DNA of 24,433 nucleotides from a virus (lineage: Duplodnaviria; Caudoviricetes): positions 1 through 24,433 of the IMG/VR virus record IMGVR_UViG_3300037424_000176. The stretch is one strand, 5' to 3'. Under the pieces are notes generated by a model. That model was not told the DNA's origin. It did no database searches and saw only the letters and a program-made list of their open reading frames with translations. The translations under genes were made by a program, and so were the position numbers. Below are positions 1 through 7,314 of this stretch, in pieces. Numbering within the stretch: the first letter of the stretch is position 1; each line of letters begins with the position of its first letter.

Positions 1-2
1 CT

Positions 3-392
3 GGCAGGCACCGCGAGCAGGCTGAGGCTATCGAGTTTGTGCGCCTGCTGATGGATGCGCCTATCGAACGGATTGCGATTGAGAACCCGATAGGCAGGCT
101 GTCCAGCGTTATCCGCAAGCCTGACCAGATTATCCAGCCCTGGATGTTTGGGCATGGCGAGACGAAGGCGACCTGCCTGTGGCTCAAGAACCTGCCGCCA
201 CTTGTGCCGACTGACGTTGTGGATGGGCGCAAGCCTGCCGTCCACTGGGAGACGGGCTGGCAAGCAGCGGAGGAGCGGCGTAAGAACCGCAGCCGGACCT
301 ATGCCGGGATAGCAGCAGCGATGGCGGAGCAGTGGGGCCGCATCCTGGCAGCAGACGGGGGCGGGGGCGGTTACACGGCGAAGGAGAAATGA
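3..392 (+). CDS. Phage DNA cytosine methyltransferase-like protein, C-terminal part (5' truncated by window)
   Basis: Frame is open from position 3. Motifs IENPIG, QIIQPWMFGH, KATCLWLKNLPPL and RSRTYAGIAAAMAEQWG match the widespread short phage C5-MTase-like family. Confidence 0.75.
   Translation, partial: GRHREQAEAIEFVRLLMDAPIERIAIENPIGRLSSVIRKPDQIIQPWMFGHGETKATCLWLKNLPPLVPTDVVDGRKPAVHWETGWQAAEERRKNRSRTYAGIAAAMAEQWGRILAADGGGGGYTAKEK
367..380 (+). repeat. 14-bp direct repeat GCGGTTACACGGCG, copy 1
   Basis: Exact copy at 1683-1696. Confidence 0.8.
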
Positions 393-393
393 C

Positions 394-633
394 ATGGCAA
401 GTTCAACGATAAACGTAAAACTGGACGCCAAACAAATGGAGTACATACGCACCGAGTGCATGGACGCCATAGCCCGCCTGCAAGCTGAACGCGACGAACT
501 GCGGGAGGCGGTGGATGCCGTGGAGTGGGTAATGGGCTATGACGGAGACTTATTTTGCCCGTGGTGTGATAAATGGATCGAAGACGGCCACGCCGGTAAC
601 TGCCAGCGTCAGCGTGCGCTGGCGAAGGAGTGA
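394..633 (+). CDS. Small coiled-coil + CPWC/H/C Zn-binding protein (paralog 1)
   Basis: AAGGAG SD; ends VEW..CPWC..GHAGNCQRQRAL, a motif shared with 630..893 and 6366..6560. Confidence 0.8.
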   Translation: MASSTINVKLDAKQMEYIRTECMDAIARLQAERDELREAVDAVEWVMGYDGDLFCPWCDKWIEDGHAGNCQRQRALAKE

Positions 634-893
634 GGATGATGGATGAACAAGAACTTGTAAAGATTGACGCATGGGCAAGACGAGCCGCCGGACGGACAAC
701 GGTCGCTAAACTTGTTGCTGAATACCGCAAGCTACGCAACGAGCGAGATGCTCTGAGGGCGGCGCTAATGGCGGTTGAACATGTATCACAAGAGGACGCT
801 GCTTATTGCCCCTGGTGTGATAGGTGGGAAGGCGACCCACACGCCGCCGGCTGCCAGCGACAGCGGGCACTCGGGATGGACAAGACGGGATGA
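630..893 (+). CDS. Small coiled-coil + CPWC/H/C Zn-binding protein (paralog 2)
   Basis: GTGA overlap with the previous gene; CPWC..PHAAGCQRQRALG. Confidence 0.8.
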   Translation: MRMMDEQELVKIDAWARRAAGRTTVAKLVAEYRKLRNERDALRAALMAVEHVSQEDAAYCPWCDRWEGDPHAAGCQRQRALGMDKTG

Positions 894-1675
894 GCGAAGT
901 CAAGTTGTACCTGGGCGATTGCGCCAAAGTGATGAGCCAGTTTGACGATGGCTGTATTGACCTGACTGTGACCAGCCCGCCATACGATAACCTGCGCACG
1001 TATAACGGGTATGTGTTTGACTTCGAGGCGATAGCGCAGCAGCTTTGCCGGGTGACGAAGCCTGGCGGCGTGGTTGTGTGGGTGGTGGGCGATGCGACTA
1101 TCAACGGGAGCGAGACGGGTACGAGTTTCAGGCAGGCGTTGTATTTTATGGAATTAGGGTTCAGTCTACACGATACGATGATTTACCAAAAAGCGGCGTT
1201 GTCTTTTCCATCTCCTGGTCGTTACTATGATGGTTTTGAGTTTATGTTTGTTTTCTCTAAAGGCAAGCCAAACGCCATAAATCTGTTAGCTGATAGAAAG
1301 AATCTCACGGCAGGCGGAAAGGTACACGGGACAGAAAGAAAAAAAGATGGTACTACATCTTCCGATCGTGCGTGTACTGGAAACATAACAAAACAAATCG
1401 GTATACGGTTCAATGTGTGGAGAATACCAAACCCTGGGCAGGCTGGAATGATACATCCTGCTGTATTCCCCGAAGCCCTCGCCCGCGATCACATCCTATC
1501 ATGGAGCAACCCAGGCGACACGGTACTCGACCCGATGATGGGCAGCGGCACGACCGGCAAGATGGCCGTCAACTATCAGCGCAACTTTATCGGCATTGAC
1601 ATCAGCGAGGAATATTACCAGATCGCAGAGAAGCGCATCGCCCAGGCGCAGCTACAGATACGGATGCCGCTGTGA
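890..1675 (+). CDS. Beta-class N4/N6 DNA methyltransferase 1
   Basis: Start reassigned to ATG 890 (ATGA overlap; MSEVKLYLGDC as in the paralog at 6567). Motif IV TSPPY precedes HPAVFP and motif I DPMMGSGTT. Confidence 0.93.
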   Translation: MSEVKLYLGDCAKVMSQFDDGCIDLTVTSPPYDNLRTYNGYVFDFEAIAQQLCRVTKPGGVVVWVVGDATINGSETGTSFRQALYFMELGFSLHDTMIYQKAALSFPSPGRYYDGFEFMFVFSKGKPNAINLLADRKNLTAGGKVHGTERKKDGTTSSDRACTGNITKQIGIRFNVWRIPNPGQAGMIHPAVFPEALARDHILSWSNPGDTVLDPMMGSGTTGKMAVNYQRNFIGIDISEEYYQIAEKRIAQAQLQIRMPL

Positions 1676-1682
1676 CAGGGCA

Positions 1683-1696
1683 GCGGTTACACGGCG
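1683..1696 (+). repeat. 14-bp direct repeat GCGGTTACACGGCG, copy 2
   Basis: Exact copy at 367-380. Confidence 0.8.
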
Positions 1697-1714
1697 TGAA
1701 TATAATTACACATG

Positions 1715-1743
1715 TTGACTTTTACTACACTGTGTGATATGAT
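1715..1743 (+). promoter_or_regulatory. Sigma70-type promoter
   Basis: TTGACT (1715-1720), 17-nt spacer, TATGAT (1738-1743) with an extended -10 TG. Confidence 0.75.
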
Positions 1744-1751
1744 TGAGTTGT

Positions 1752-1899
1752 CAGTGGTGTCACTGTCCGAGTGCCAGCTCGAAAACAAGGATAGGACCGG
1801 CTGCCCTCATGGGTTTTTCAGTCGGTTGGTAGGTTAGCCCTGGCAGGCACTCCCCTATCCGCCGAACCAACCGACTGAAAAGTTCGTGAGGGTTTTGTT
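1752..1899 (+). ncRNA. Putative c4/CI-like antisense or attenuator RNA with kissing loops
   Basis: 27-bp stem 1804-1830/1866-1892 whose four non-WC pairs are all G-U, followed by a U-tract. Loop CUGGCA (1840-1845) is the reverse complement of upstream loop UGCCAG (1772-1777). CCUAUCC (1854-1860) complements GGAUAGG (1789-1795). Confidence 0.65.
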
Positions 1900-1916
1900 A
1901 TCAAAAGGGGTAAGCG

Positions 1917-2684
1917 ATGGCTAGAAAGACGATCACCAAAAAACTACGATTTGAGATATTCAAGCGAGATAGTTTCACGTGTCAATATTGTGGGCGGGCG
2001 GCTCCTGATGTAATCCTGCAGGCCGATCACATTCAGCCGGTCGCGAAAGACGGGGATACTGACATCACCAATCTGATAACGGCCTGCGTTGATTGCAACC
2101 AGGGCAAGAGCGACCGGGAACTGTCAGACGATACGGTTATTAGGAAGCGCAAGGCTCAACTAGATGAGCTGCAGGAAAGGCGCGAGCAGCTAGCAATGAT
2201 GCTGGCTTGGCAGAAGTCATTGGCTAACCTAGACGACGAACAGGCTGAGGCCGTCAATGAACTATTCAAAGAATTGGTTCCAGGATACAGCCTAAACGAT
2301 GTTGGTATCCAGAACATAAAGAAGCTAATCAAGCGCCACGGTGTAGCTGAAATCCTAGAGTGTGTGAGGATATCAGCGTCCCAATACCTAAAGTACGATG
2401 ACGGCAAGCTAGACGATGGATCTGTTCGGAAGGCTTTTGATTACATTGGAAAGATAGCCAACAACAGGCGGCGGCTATCAGAAAAGCCATACCTAAACGA
2501 CCTTTATTACATCCGGGGGATTATCCGCAATCGAATGTACTGCAACGAATGGGTTTGTATCGACCTATTAGAGAGGGCATACAAGGACGGCTACGAAATA
2601 GACGACCTGAAAGATATGGCGTGCAAGGCCCGCAACTGGACCCAGTGGCGAGATACCATGGAAGGAATGTTGACAGATGGGTAA
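1917..2684 (+). CDS. HNH endonuclease with C-terminal helical extension
   Basis: RFEIFKRDSFTCQYCG..ADHIQPVAKDG..NLITACVDCNQGK. Confidence 0.9.
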   Translation: MARKTITKKLRFEIFKRDSFTCQYCGRAAPDVILQADHIQPVAKDGDTDITNLITACVDCNQGKSDRELSDDTVIRKRKAQLDELQERREQLAMMLAWQKSLANLDDEQAEAVNELFKELVPGYSLNDVGIQNIKKLIKRHGVAEILECVRISASQYLKYDDGKLDDGSVRKAFDYIGKIANNRRRLSEKPYLNDLYYIRGIIRNRMYCNEWVCIDLLERAYKDGYEIDDLKDMACKARNWTQWRDTMEGMLTDG

Positions 2685-3525
2685 AAAGCGATCAATCGAC
2701 AGCAAGATAAGGGCCTCACAATCTTTTGCGAAATTGACCTACTGCCAGCGCGATCTGTGGCAGGGGATCATCGCAACAGCCGACGACCAGGGCCGTATGC
2801 CTGGGGTAGCAACTTATGTTAGGTCTGAGGTATGGCCGTTCGATGACATAAACCTATCCCAGGTGGAAGAAGCCTTACAAGCAATCGAGCAAGCTGGCTA
2901 CATAGTGCGCTACATAGTTGACGATATGGTTTATCTACAAATCGTCAATTGGTGGAAGTATCAGCCGATGCAATGGGCTGGGCCGTCTGATTATCCAGCC
3001 TCGCCGGGATGGATGGATCGCCTGCGCTACCACGGCAAGGGAAACGAAATCATTGTTGAGAATTGGGATACTCCAGGCGGATACCTATTAGATGTAGGTA
3101 GCCAACTACCTAGAGAGCAACCTAGCAAACTATCTCGCCGCGATGTTAATGGTGAAGGTGAGGGTGATGTTAATGATGATGGTGAGGGTGATGGCGACGG
3201 CGAAGCCTCCAACGACAACCAGCCTTCACTGTTTCGAATTTTATTCGATGCCTTTATCGAAGCCTCTGGAATACAAGAATCAACAATGAACGTACACACC
3301 GCCGTTGATGAAATCAATAAGAAGTGGATACCTGCCGGTGTAACCGTTGAAGAGGTGAAAGCTGCCGTTGAAGAAATGCAGGCTAAAGAGTTTTCTATGG
3401 TCGGCCCGAAGTCCATCACGAACAGCATCAACATTGTGCGTTCCAAAAATAACGGCAAAGTGAAGAAGCTGCGCAACACCAAAGAGGCCCGCCGCAAGTA
3501 TGCCGAATGGGATAGCCAATCATGA
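2677..3525 (+). CDS. Phage replication initiator / replisome-organizer-like protein
   Basis: N-terminal ADDQGR..IVNWWKYQ domain, low-complexity GE/GD linker with DNA repeats, small C-terminal domain; position in the early region. Confidence 0.7.
   Translation: MGKKRSIDSKIRASQSFAKLTYCQRDLWQGIIATADDQGRMPGVATYVRSEVWPFDDINLSQVEEALQAIEQAGYIVRYIVDDMVYLQIVNWWKYQPMQWAGPSDYPASPGWMDRLRYHGKGNEIIVENWDTPGGYLLDVGSQLPREQPSKLSRRDVNGEGEGDVNDDGEGDGDGEASNDNQPSLFRILFDAFIEASGIQESTMNVHTAVDEINKKWIPAGVTVEEVKAAVEEMQAKEFSMVGPKSITNSINIVRSKNNGKVKKLRNTKEARRKYAEWDSQS
3095..3193. repeat. Iteron-like repeats (putative origin) inside the initiator gene
   Basis: TAGCCAACTACCT / TAGCAAACTATCT (3099, 3123); 24-nt tandem 3142-3165/3166-3189 with 2 mismatches; inverted repeat TAGGTAG-N4-CTACCTA. 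Confidence 0.5.
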
Positions 3526-3944
3526 GCTGCGACCGCCTCACCGAATACGCGCACCTGTGGCTGGCGTTCCCAGGCGAGCCGCAACTGCTGCGTGAGATAT
3601 GGCAGCACAAGATAACGTGTGCCGATTGCGAGAACGATAAACGGAGGTTCGATGAATGGCGCGAGCAAAGAGCTATCGACCATGATGAGCAGAGCGAGGG
3701 AAGAAATCAGGCAGCAGTCGCTACGGGGGAACCAGTGGGCGCTGATATTCCTGAGCCTGGACCCGCCGCTAAGAGAGACGTTGCTACAGCAGATAGCGAT
3801 GCTGAAAGTTTGTTGCGCGAGTATTGGAGTAACGTCAGCGATAGAGCTCCTTTACCGCCTCGGACGCTGGGAAAGAAACCAATCGCGGGTGGACCGCCGC
3901 CGCTTCGAGCGCGTGATGGGCTCGACGCAAGCTGGTATGACTAA
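3522..3944 (+). CDS. Hypothetical protein with N-terminal C..HxxxCxxC (ZAS/zf-HC2-like) motif
   Basis: ATGA overlap with the initiator; MSCDR..WQHKITCADC. The C-terminal two-thirds overlap the next gene and may be a non-functional extension. Confidence 0.5.
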   Translation: MSCDRLTEYAHLWLAFPGEPQLLREIWQHKITCADCENDKRRFDEWREQRAIDHDEQSEGRNQAAVATGEPVGADIPEPGPAAKRDVATADSDAESLLREYWSNVSDRAPLPPRTLGKKPIAGGPPPLRARDGLDASWYD

Positions 3945-3954
3945 GAGGAGATAA
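3652..3954 (+). CDS. Hypothetical protein
   Basis: GGAGG at 3643-3647 before ATG 3652; ends just before the next gene, and its 3' end supplies that gene's AGGAG SD. Confidence 0.65.
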   Translation: MNGASKELSTMMSRAREEIRQQSLRGNQWALIFLSLDPPLRETLLQQIAMLKVCCASIGVTSAIELLYRLGRWERNQSRVDRRRFERVMGSTQAGMTKRR

Positions 3955-3956
3955 CC

Positions 3957-4316
3957 ATGACTAACGATGAAATTCTAAACATGGAAGCCGGACTAGAGAT
4001 GGACGAGCTTGTCACAGAGAGTGTTATGGGATGGGAGAGGCGAACGTTCAAACATGATGGTGTTGATTTTTGGCATCTTCCTGGAACGGCAAGGTGCGAA
4101 CTAGATGTTCCGCCCTACAGCACCGACATTGCCGCCGCCTGGCAGGTGGTGGAGAAGGCCAGTTTGTTTAAACTTGACTGTCTGCAAATTCACGACTCAA
4201 GCGATTGGTGGTGTGAGATAGCTCTCGAGGGCCGTCCTTACGAGGCCACGGCAGACACCGCCCCGCTTGTCATCTGCCGCGCTGCGCTTTTGGCTGCATT
4301 GGGGCGTGTCACATGA
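3957..4316 (+). CDS. Phage ABA-sandwich domain protein (BC1872-like)
   Basis: PPYSTDIAAAWQVVEK..TAPLVICRAALLA signature; AGGAG SD. Confidence 0.8.
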   Translation: MTNDEILNMEAGLEMDELVTESVMGWERRTFKHDGVDFWHLPGTARCELDVPPYSTDIAAAWQVVEKASLFKLDCLQIHDSSDWWCEIALEGRPYEATADTAPLVICRAALLAALGRVT

Positions 4317-4534
4317 CCGATAAAGGCTGTGTAAATAACGATAGAACATTGCTTGATCTATGGTTTGTTTGCATAGAGGCTGAAATTAGTGGAGAGACTG
4401 AGATTTCGTTGAAGTCATCAGAGTTGATGACTTTATTGAATCGAATCAAACTTGCAGAGGTGGAAGTTAACGAACTCAGAACTATCAACGGACAATCTAT
4501 TGAGCGAGCCGAAAAAGCAGAGGCGCAACCATGA
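4313..4534 (+). CDS. Hypothetical coiled-coil protein (AT-rich)
   Basis: ATGA overlap; coiled-coil C-terminus ERAEKAEA. Confidence 0.6.
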   Translation: MTDKGCVNNDRTLLDLWFVCIEAEISGETEISLKSSELMTLLNRIKLAEVEVNELRTINGQSIERAEKAEAQP

Positions 4535-4549
4535 CCGAGAGGAGATAAC

Positions 4550-5101
4550 ATGACAATCTGGTTTACGTCCGACAATCACTTCGGACACGAGAATATTATC
4601 AAGTTTACTAACAGGCCATTTAACAGCGTCGAGGAGATGGACGCCGCAATGGTCAACCATTGGAACGCTGTTGTAGAGCCAAGCGATACAGTTTACCACC
4701 TGGGTGACTTCTGCCTGGGCGATGCAAATATGGCGCGGCGCTACTTTGCCATACTGAACGGACATGTAAAGATACTCGGTAACCCGTGGCACCACGACCG
4801 GCGCTGGCTGAATTGGGATATGTATACTGGTCCTGATGCGGAAGACATAGTCGAGGTATTACCGCCGATGGTAGTGCTTGAGTTCCCGGAATACGGCGAC
4901 GATAGGTATCCGCAAGTGCTGGTGCTGTGCCATTATCCGCTGGCAGAGTGGGATCGCAAACATTACGGCGCGTGGCACTTGCACGGCCACAGCCACGGCC
5001 ACAGCCACGGCAAGGCATTTGACATCGGCGTGGACTGCAACCATTTTAGGCCCATCAGCCTGAGTGGTGTTGCAAGACATATGGCGGCTTACACACCATG
5101 A
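4550..5101 (+). CDS. Calcineurin-like metallophosphoesterase
   Basis: FTSDNHFGH, YHLGD, GNPWHHD, HYP, HGHSH, DIGVD; GAGGAG SD. Confidence 0.92.
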   Translation: MTIWFTSDNHFGHENIIKFTNRPFNSVEEMDAAMVNHWNAVVEPSDTVYHLGDFCLGDANMARRYFAILNGHVKILGNPWHHDRRWLNWDMYTGPDAEDIVEVLPPMVVLEFPEYGDDRYPQVLVLCHYPLAEWDRKHYGAWHLHGHSHGHSHGKAFDIGVDCNHFRPISLSGVARHMAAYTP

Positions 5102-5292
5102 CCCCCATGCCCACGAACGACTGCCGCGAGCGCCGCCGCCTGCTGGCTGCCCGCATCAAGCAAGACGACGCCCACAACCGGGCCGCGTACGACTGGCACC
5201 TGCAAATGTGCGACATCTGCCAGCGCTACCTGGCCGAGATGGCCGCCTACGCGAGCGAGGCCGTGATGCCGGAGATGGAGGATGCGAGATGA
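5098..5292 (+). CDS. Small protein with C..HxxxCxxC (ZAS/zf-HC2-like) motif
   Basis: ATGA overlap; NDC..WHLQMCDIC. Confidence 0.65.
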   Translation: MTPMPTNDCRERRRLLAARIKQDDAHNRAAYDWHLQMCDICQRYLAEMAAYASEAVMPEMEDAR

Positions 5293-5369
5293 GTGCAACA
5301 CCTAAGCATATTGCGAAGGAAGTGCAAACAAAGACGATGGTAATTGACACATTGGAGGCGAGCGCATGA
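5289..5369 (+). CDS. 26-aa ORF (MSATPKHIAKEVQTKTMVIDTLEASA)
   Basis: ATGA overlaps at both ends; GGAGG SD upstream. Confidence 0.45.
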   Translation: MSATPKHIAKEVQTKTMVIDTLEASA

Positions 5370-5686
5370 CCTCCGACGCCGAAGCCGCGATGCTGTTCCA
5401 CCTGCGAATTGCTGGCCTGCCCGAGCCGTTGGCTGAGTTCGTGTTCGCCCCGCCGCGCAAGTTCCGGGCGGACTTCGCCTACCCTGAGCAGCGATTGCTG
5501 ATTGAAGTGGAGGGCGGAGTGTATCAGATTGGCAGGCATCAGCGACCGGCCGGATTCGAGAAGGACTGTGAGAAGTACAACCTAGCCGCACTGCTGGGCT
5601 ACCGGGTACTGCGCTTCACCCCCGCCATGATTGAGCGAGGTGAGGCGATAGAGACGATTACAAAAGCGATGGACTACGAAAGTTAG
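5366..5686 (+). CDS. DUF559/Vsr-like PD-(D/E)xK endonuclease
   Basis: RKFRADFA..LLIEVEGG..H..DCEKYNLAALLGYRVLRFT. Confidence 0.85.
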   Translation: MTSDAEAAMLFHLRIAGLPEPLAEFVFAPPRKFRADFAYPEQRLLIEVEGGVYQIGRHQRPAGFEKDCEKYNLAALLGYRVLRFTPAMIERGEAIETITKAMDYES

Positions 5687-5768
5687 AAAGTCGGAAAGTT
5701 GGATAAGTGTGCAGAACGTTAGCTTAAACCTAACAACCGTAGCACAGATGTAAGGATTAGGAGCGTGG

Positions 5769-6026
5769 ATGATGGCTAAGTTTAGAAAGAAACCTATTGT
5801 GATTGAGGCTGAACGGTTCACCAACGAGACCAAAGACCGCGTGTTTAATTGGGTAAGTTGCAACCGCTATGCCGACTTTATTGATGGCGATCCCGTTTTG
5901 ATTATCCAAACACTAGAGGGTGATATGACAGTACGCCCTGGTGATTGGGTTATCAGGGGTGTTCAGGGCGAGTTTTACCCCTGCAAGTCAGATATTTTCG
6001 AGCAGACATACGAGAGTGTCCCATGA
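5769..6026 (+). CDS. Conserved small phage protein (KKPxxIEA..TLEG..GDW..GEFYPCK.DIFE family, PGDYG-like)
   Basis: Recognisable family motifs; AGGAG SD. Confidence 0.85.
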   Translation: MMAKFRKKPIVIEAERFTNETKDRVFNWVSCNRYADFIDGDPVLIIQTLEGDMTVRPGDWVIRGVQGEFYPCKSDIFEQTYESVP

Positions 6027-6133
6027 CCGGCCCATACTGGCTATACTCGCAAGCGCTCGCGCACTGGACGCCGCGCTACTGGCTGCCCGTGTACCGCGGG
6101 CGTGACTGGTGGCTGGTGGAGCGTGTCGCATGA
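6023..6133 (+). CDS. 36-aa Trp/Tyr-rich ORF
   Basis: ATGA overlaps at both ends. Confidence 0.5.
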   Translation: MTGPYWLYSQALAHWTPRYWLPVYRGRDWWLVERVA

Positions 6134-6369
6134 CGGAGAAGCAGGCCCTCTACGCCGCGGCCACCGACCCGCTGCCGTGGACGTGCCCGCATTGCGGCCA
6201 GGTGCTTGGCAGCGTGCAGAACAAGCGCGAGGCGATTGTGGAACTTGCGAGCGGGATGTTTGGCTCCGTGCGCTGGGCGGATTGCGCCGGGTGCGGGGAG
6301 CGGGTGTGGTTCGGGATCGCCGTCGCCGACTGGGCAGAAAAATATTATTTGGATGAGGAGAGTGAGTGA
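6130..6369 (+). CDS. Zn-ribbon protein (CPHC..CAGC)
   Basis: Start at ATG 6130 by ATGA overlap; two CxxC pairs. Confidence 0.7.
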   Translation: MTEKQALYAAATDPLPWTCPHCGQVLGSVQNKREAIVELASGMFGSVRWADCAGCGERVWFGIAVADWAEKYYLDEESE

Positions 6370-6560
6370 TGGACAAAAATGATTTACAAGTTGAGAATGC
6401 AAGACTGCGGGCAGCGCTGGAGGCTGTGGAATGGCTAGAAATATTCATCGACAATGGTGGCTATGACGATCATTGGGAACATCGGTGTGTGTGGTGCCGG
6501 AACGAGAAGGACGACGGCCACGCCGACAACTGCCAGCGGCAGCGGGCGCTGGGTAGGTGA
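6366..6560 (+). CDS. Small coiled-coil + CxWC/H/C Zn-binding protein (paralog 3)
   Basis: LEAVEW..CVWC..GHADNCQRQRALG. Confidence 0.8.
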   Translation: MMDKNDLQVENARLRAALEAVEWLEIFIDNGGYDDHWEHRCVWCRNEKDDGHADNCQRQRALGR

Positions 6561-6566
6561 GACGGA

Positions 6567-7268
6567 ATGAGCGAAGTCAAGCTATACCTGGGCGATTGTC
6601 TGGATGTTATGCGCGGGATGCCTAGCGGGAGTGCGGACGCGGTGATTACCTCACCGCCTTTTAACTTAGGCAATGGACACCATACAGGCAATATCAGGCA
6701 CAACCCATACCATGATGATTTACCTGAGCCGATATATCAAGAGACGCAGATAAAAATTCTGGCAGAAATATATAGGGTTTTAAGAGACGATGGCAGCTTG
6801 TTTTATCAGCACAAAAACCGGATAAAAGACGGTCGCCAGATAACGCCCTATGAATGGTTGCTGAAAACGGACTTTGTAATAAAACAAGAGCTGGTGTGGC
6901 GTAATAGGTCACAGAACTTTGACAAAATAAGATTCTATCCACAAACAGAAAGAGTTTATTGGATGGCAAAACACCCGAGCGTTACGATTTACAACGTTAT
7001 CAACGCCCCTGATATTTTCGACTGGCAGGCTGTTGGAACTAACGGAAGTCACACCAGAGCATTTCCGGTTGAGTTCCCTTCACAAATGCTTGCGTGCTTA
7101 CCAGACGCTAAAAATGTTCTTGACCCCTTTATGGGCAGCGGGACAACGGGAATAGCGTGTTTGAATATGGGCCGCAACTTCATCGGCATTGAGATCGACC
7201 AGACTTATTTTGAGATAGCCGAGAAGCGGATAGCTCAGGCAAAACTACAAATCAGGATGCCAATATGA
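6567..7268 (+). CDS. Beta-class N4/N6 DNA methyltransferase 2
   Basis: MSEVKLYLGDC, motif IV TSPPF, motif I DPFMGSGTT. Confidence 0.92.
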   Translation: MSEVKLYLGDCLDVMRGMPSGSADAVITSPPFNLGNGHHTGNIRHNPYHDDLPEPIYQETQIKILAEIYRVLRDDGSLFYQHKNRIKDGRQITPYEWLLKTDFVIKQELVWRNRSQNFDKIRFYPQTERVYWMAKHPSVTIYNVINAPDIFDWQAVGTNGSHTRAFPVEFPSQMLACLPDAKNVLDPFMGSGTTGIACLNMGRNFIGIEIDQTYFEIAEKRIAQAKLQIRMPI

Positions 7269-7269
7269 T

Positions 7270-7314
7270 TTTTACGCCGAACCAGTTGACCGAACAAATA
7301 ATCTATGGTATTGT
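7270..7314 (+). promoter_or_regulatory. Putative late promoter (lysis operon) with upstream TTTTACGCC box
   Basis: TTGACC (7286-7291), 17-nt spacer, TG-extended TATTGT (7309-7314); TTTTACGCC 7 nt upstream of the -35. Confidence 0.6.

Noticed and set aside
824-889. ORF-track N-terminal extension of MTase 1
   Set aside because: The paralog at 6567 and the ATGA overlap indicate the true start is 890. Starts were similarly trimmed for 6130, 7462, 7745, 7891, 10747, 18548, 21786 and 23557.
1804-1899. Plain intrinsic terminator or IS end
   Set aside because: The structured 35-nt loop with two upstream complements and G-U-only mismatches indicates a more complex RNA; no transposase is nearby.
890-2684. 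MTase 1 + HNH as a restriction-modification pair
   Set aside because: They are separated by a promoter and structured leader, and the HNH is coupled to the replication initiator instead.
7291-7305. Second SOS box (CGAACAAATAATCT) in the lysis promoter
   Set aside because: The right half-site is too degenerate.
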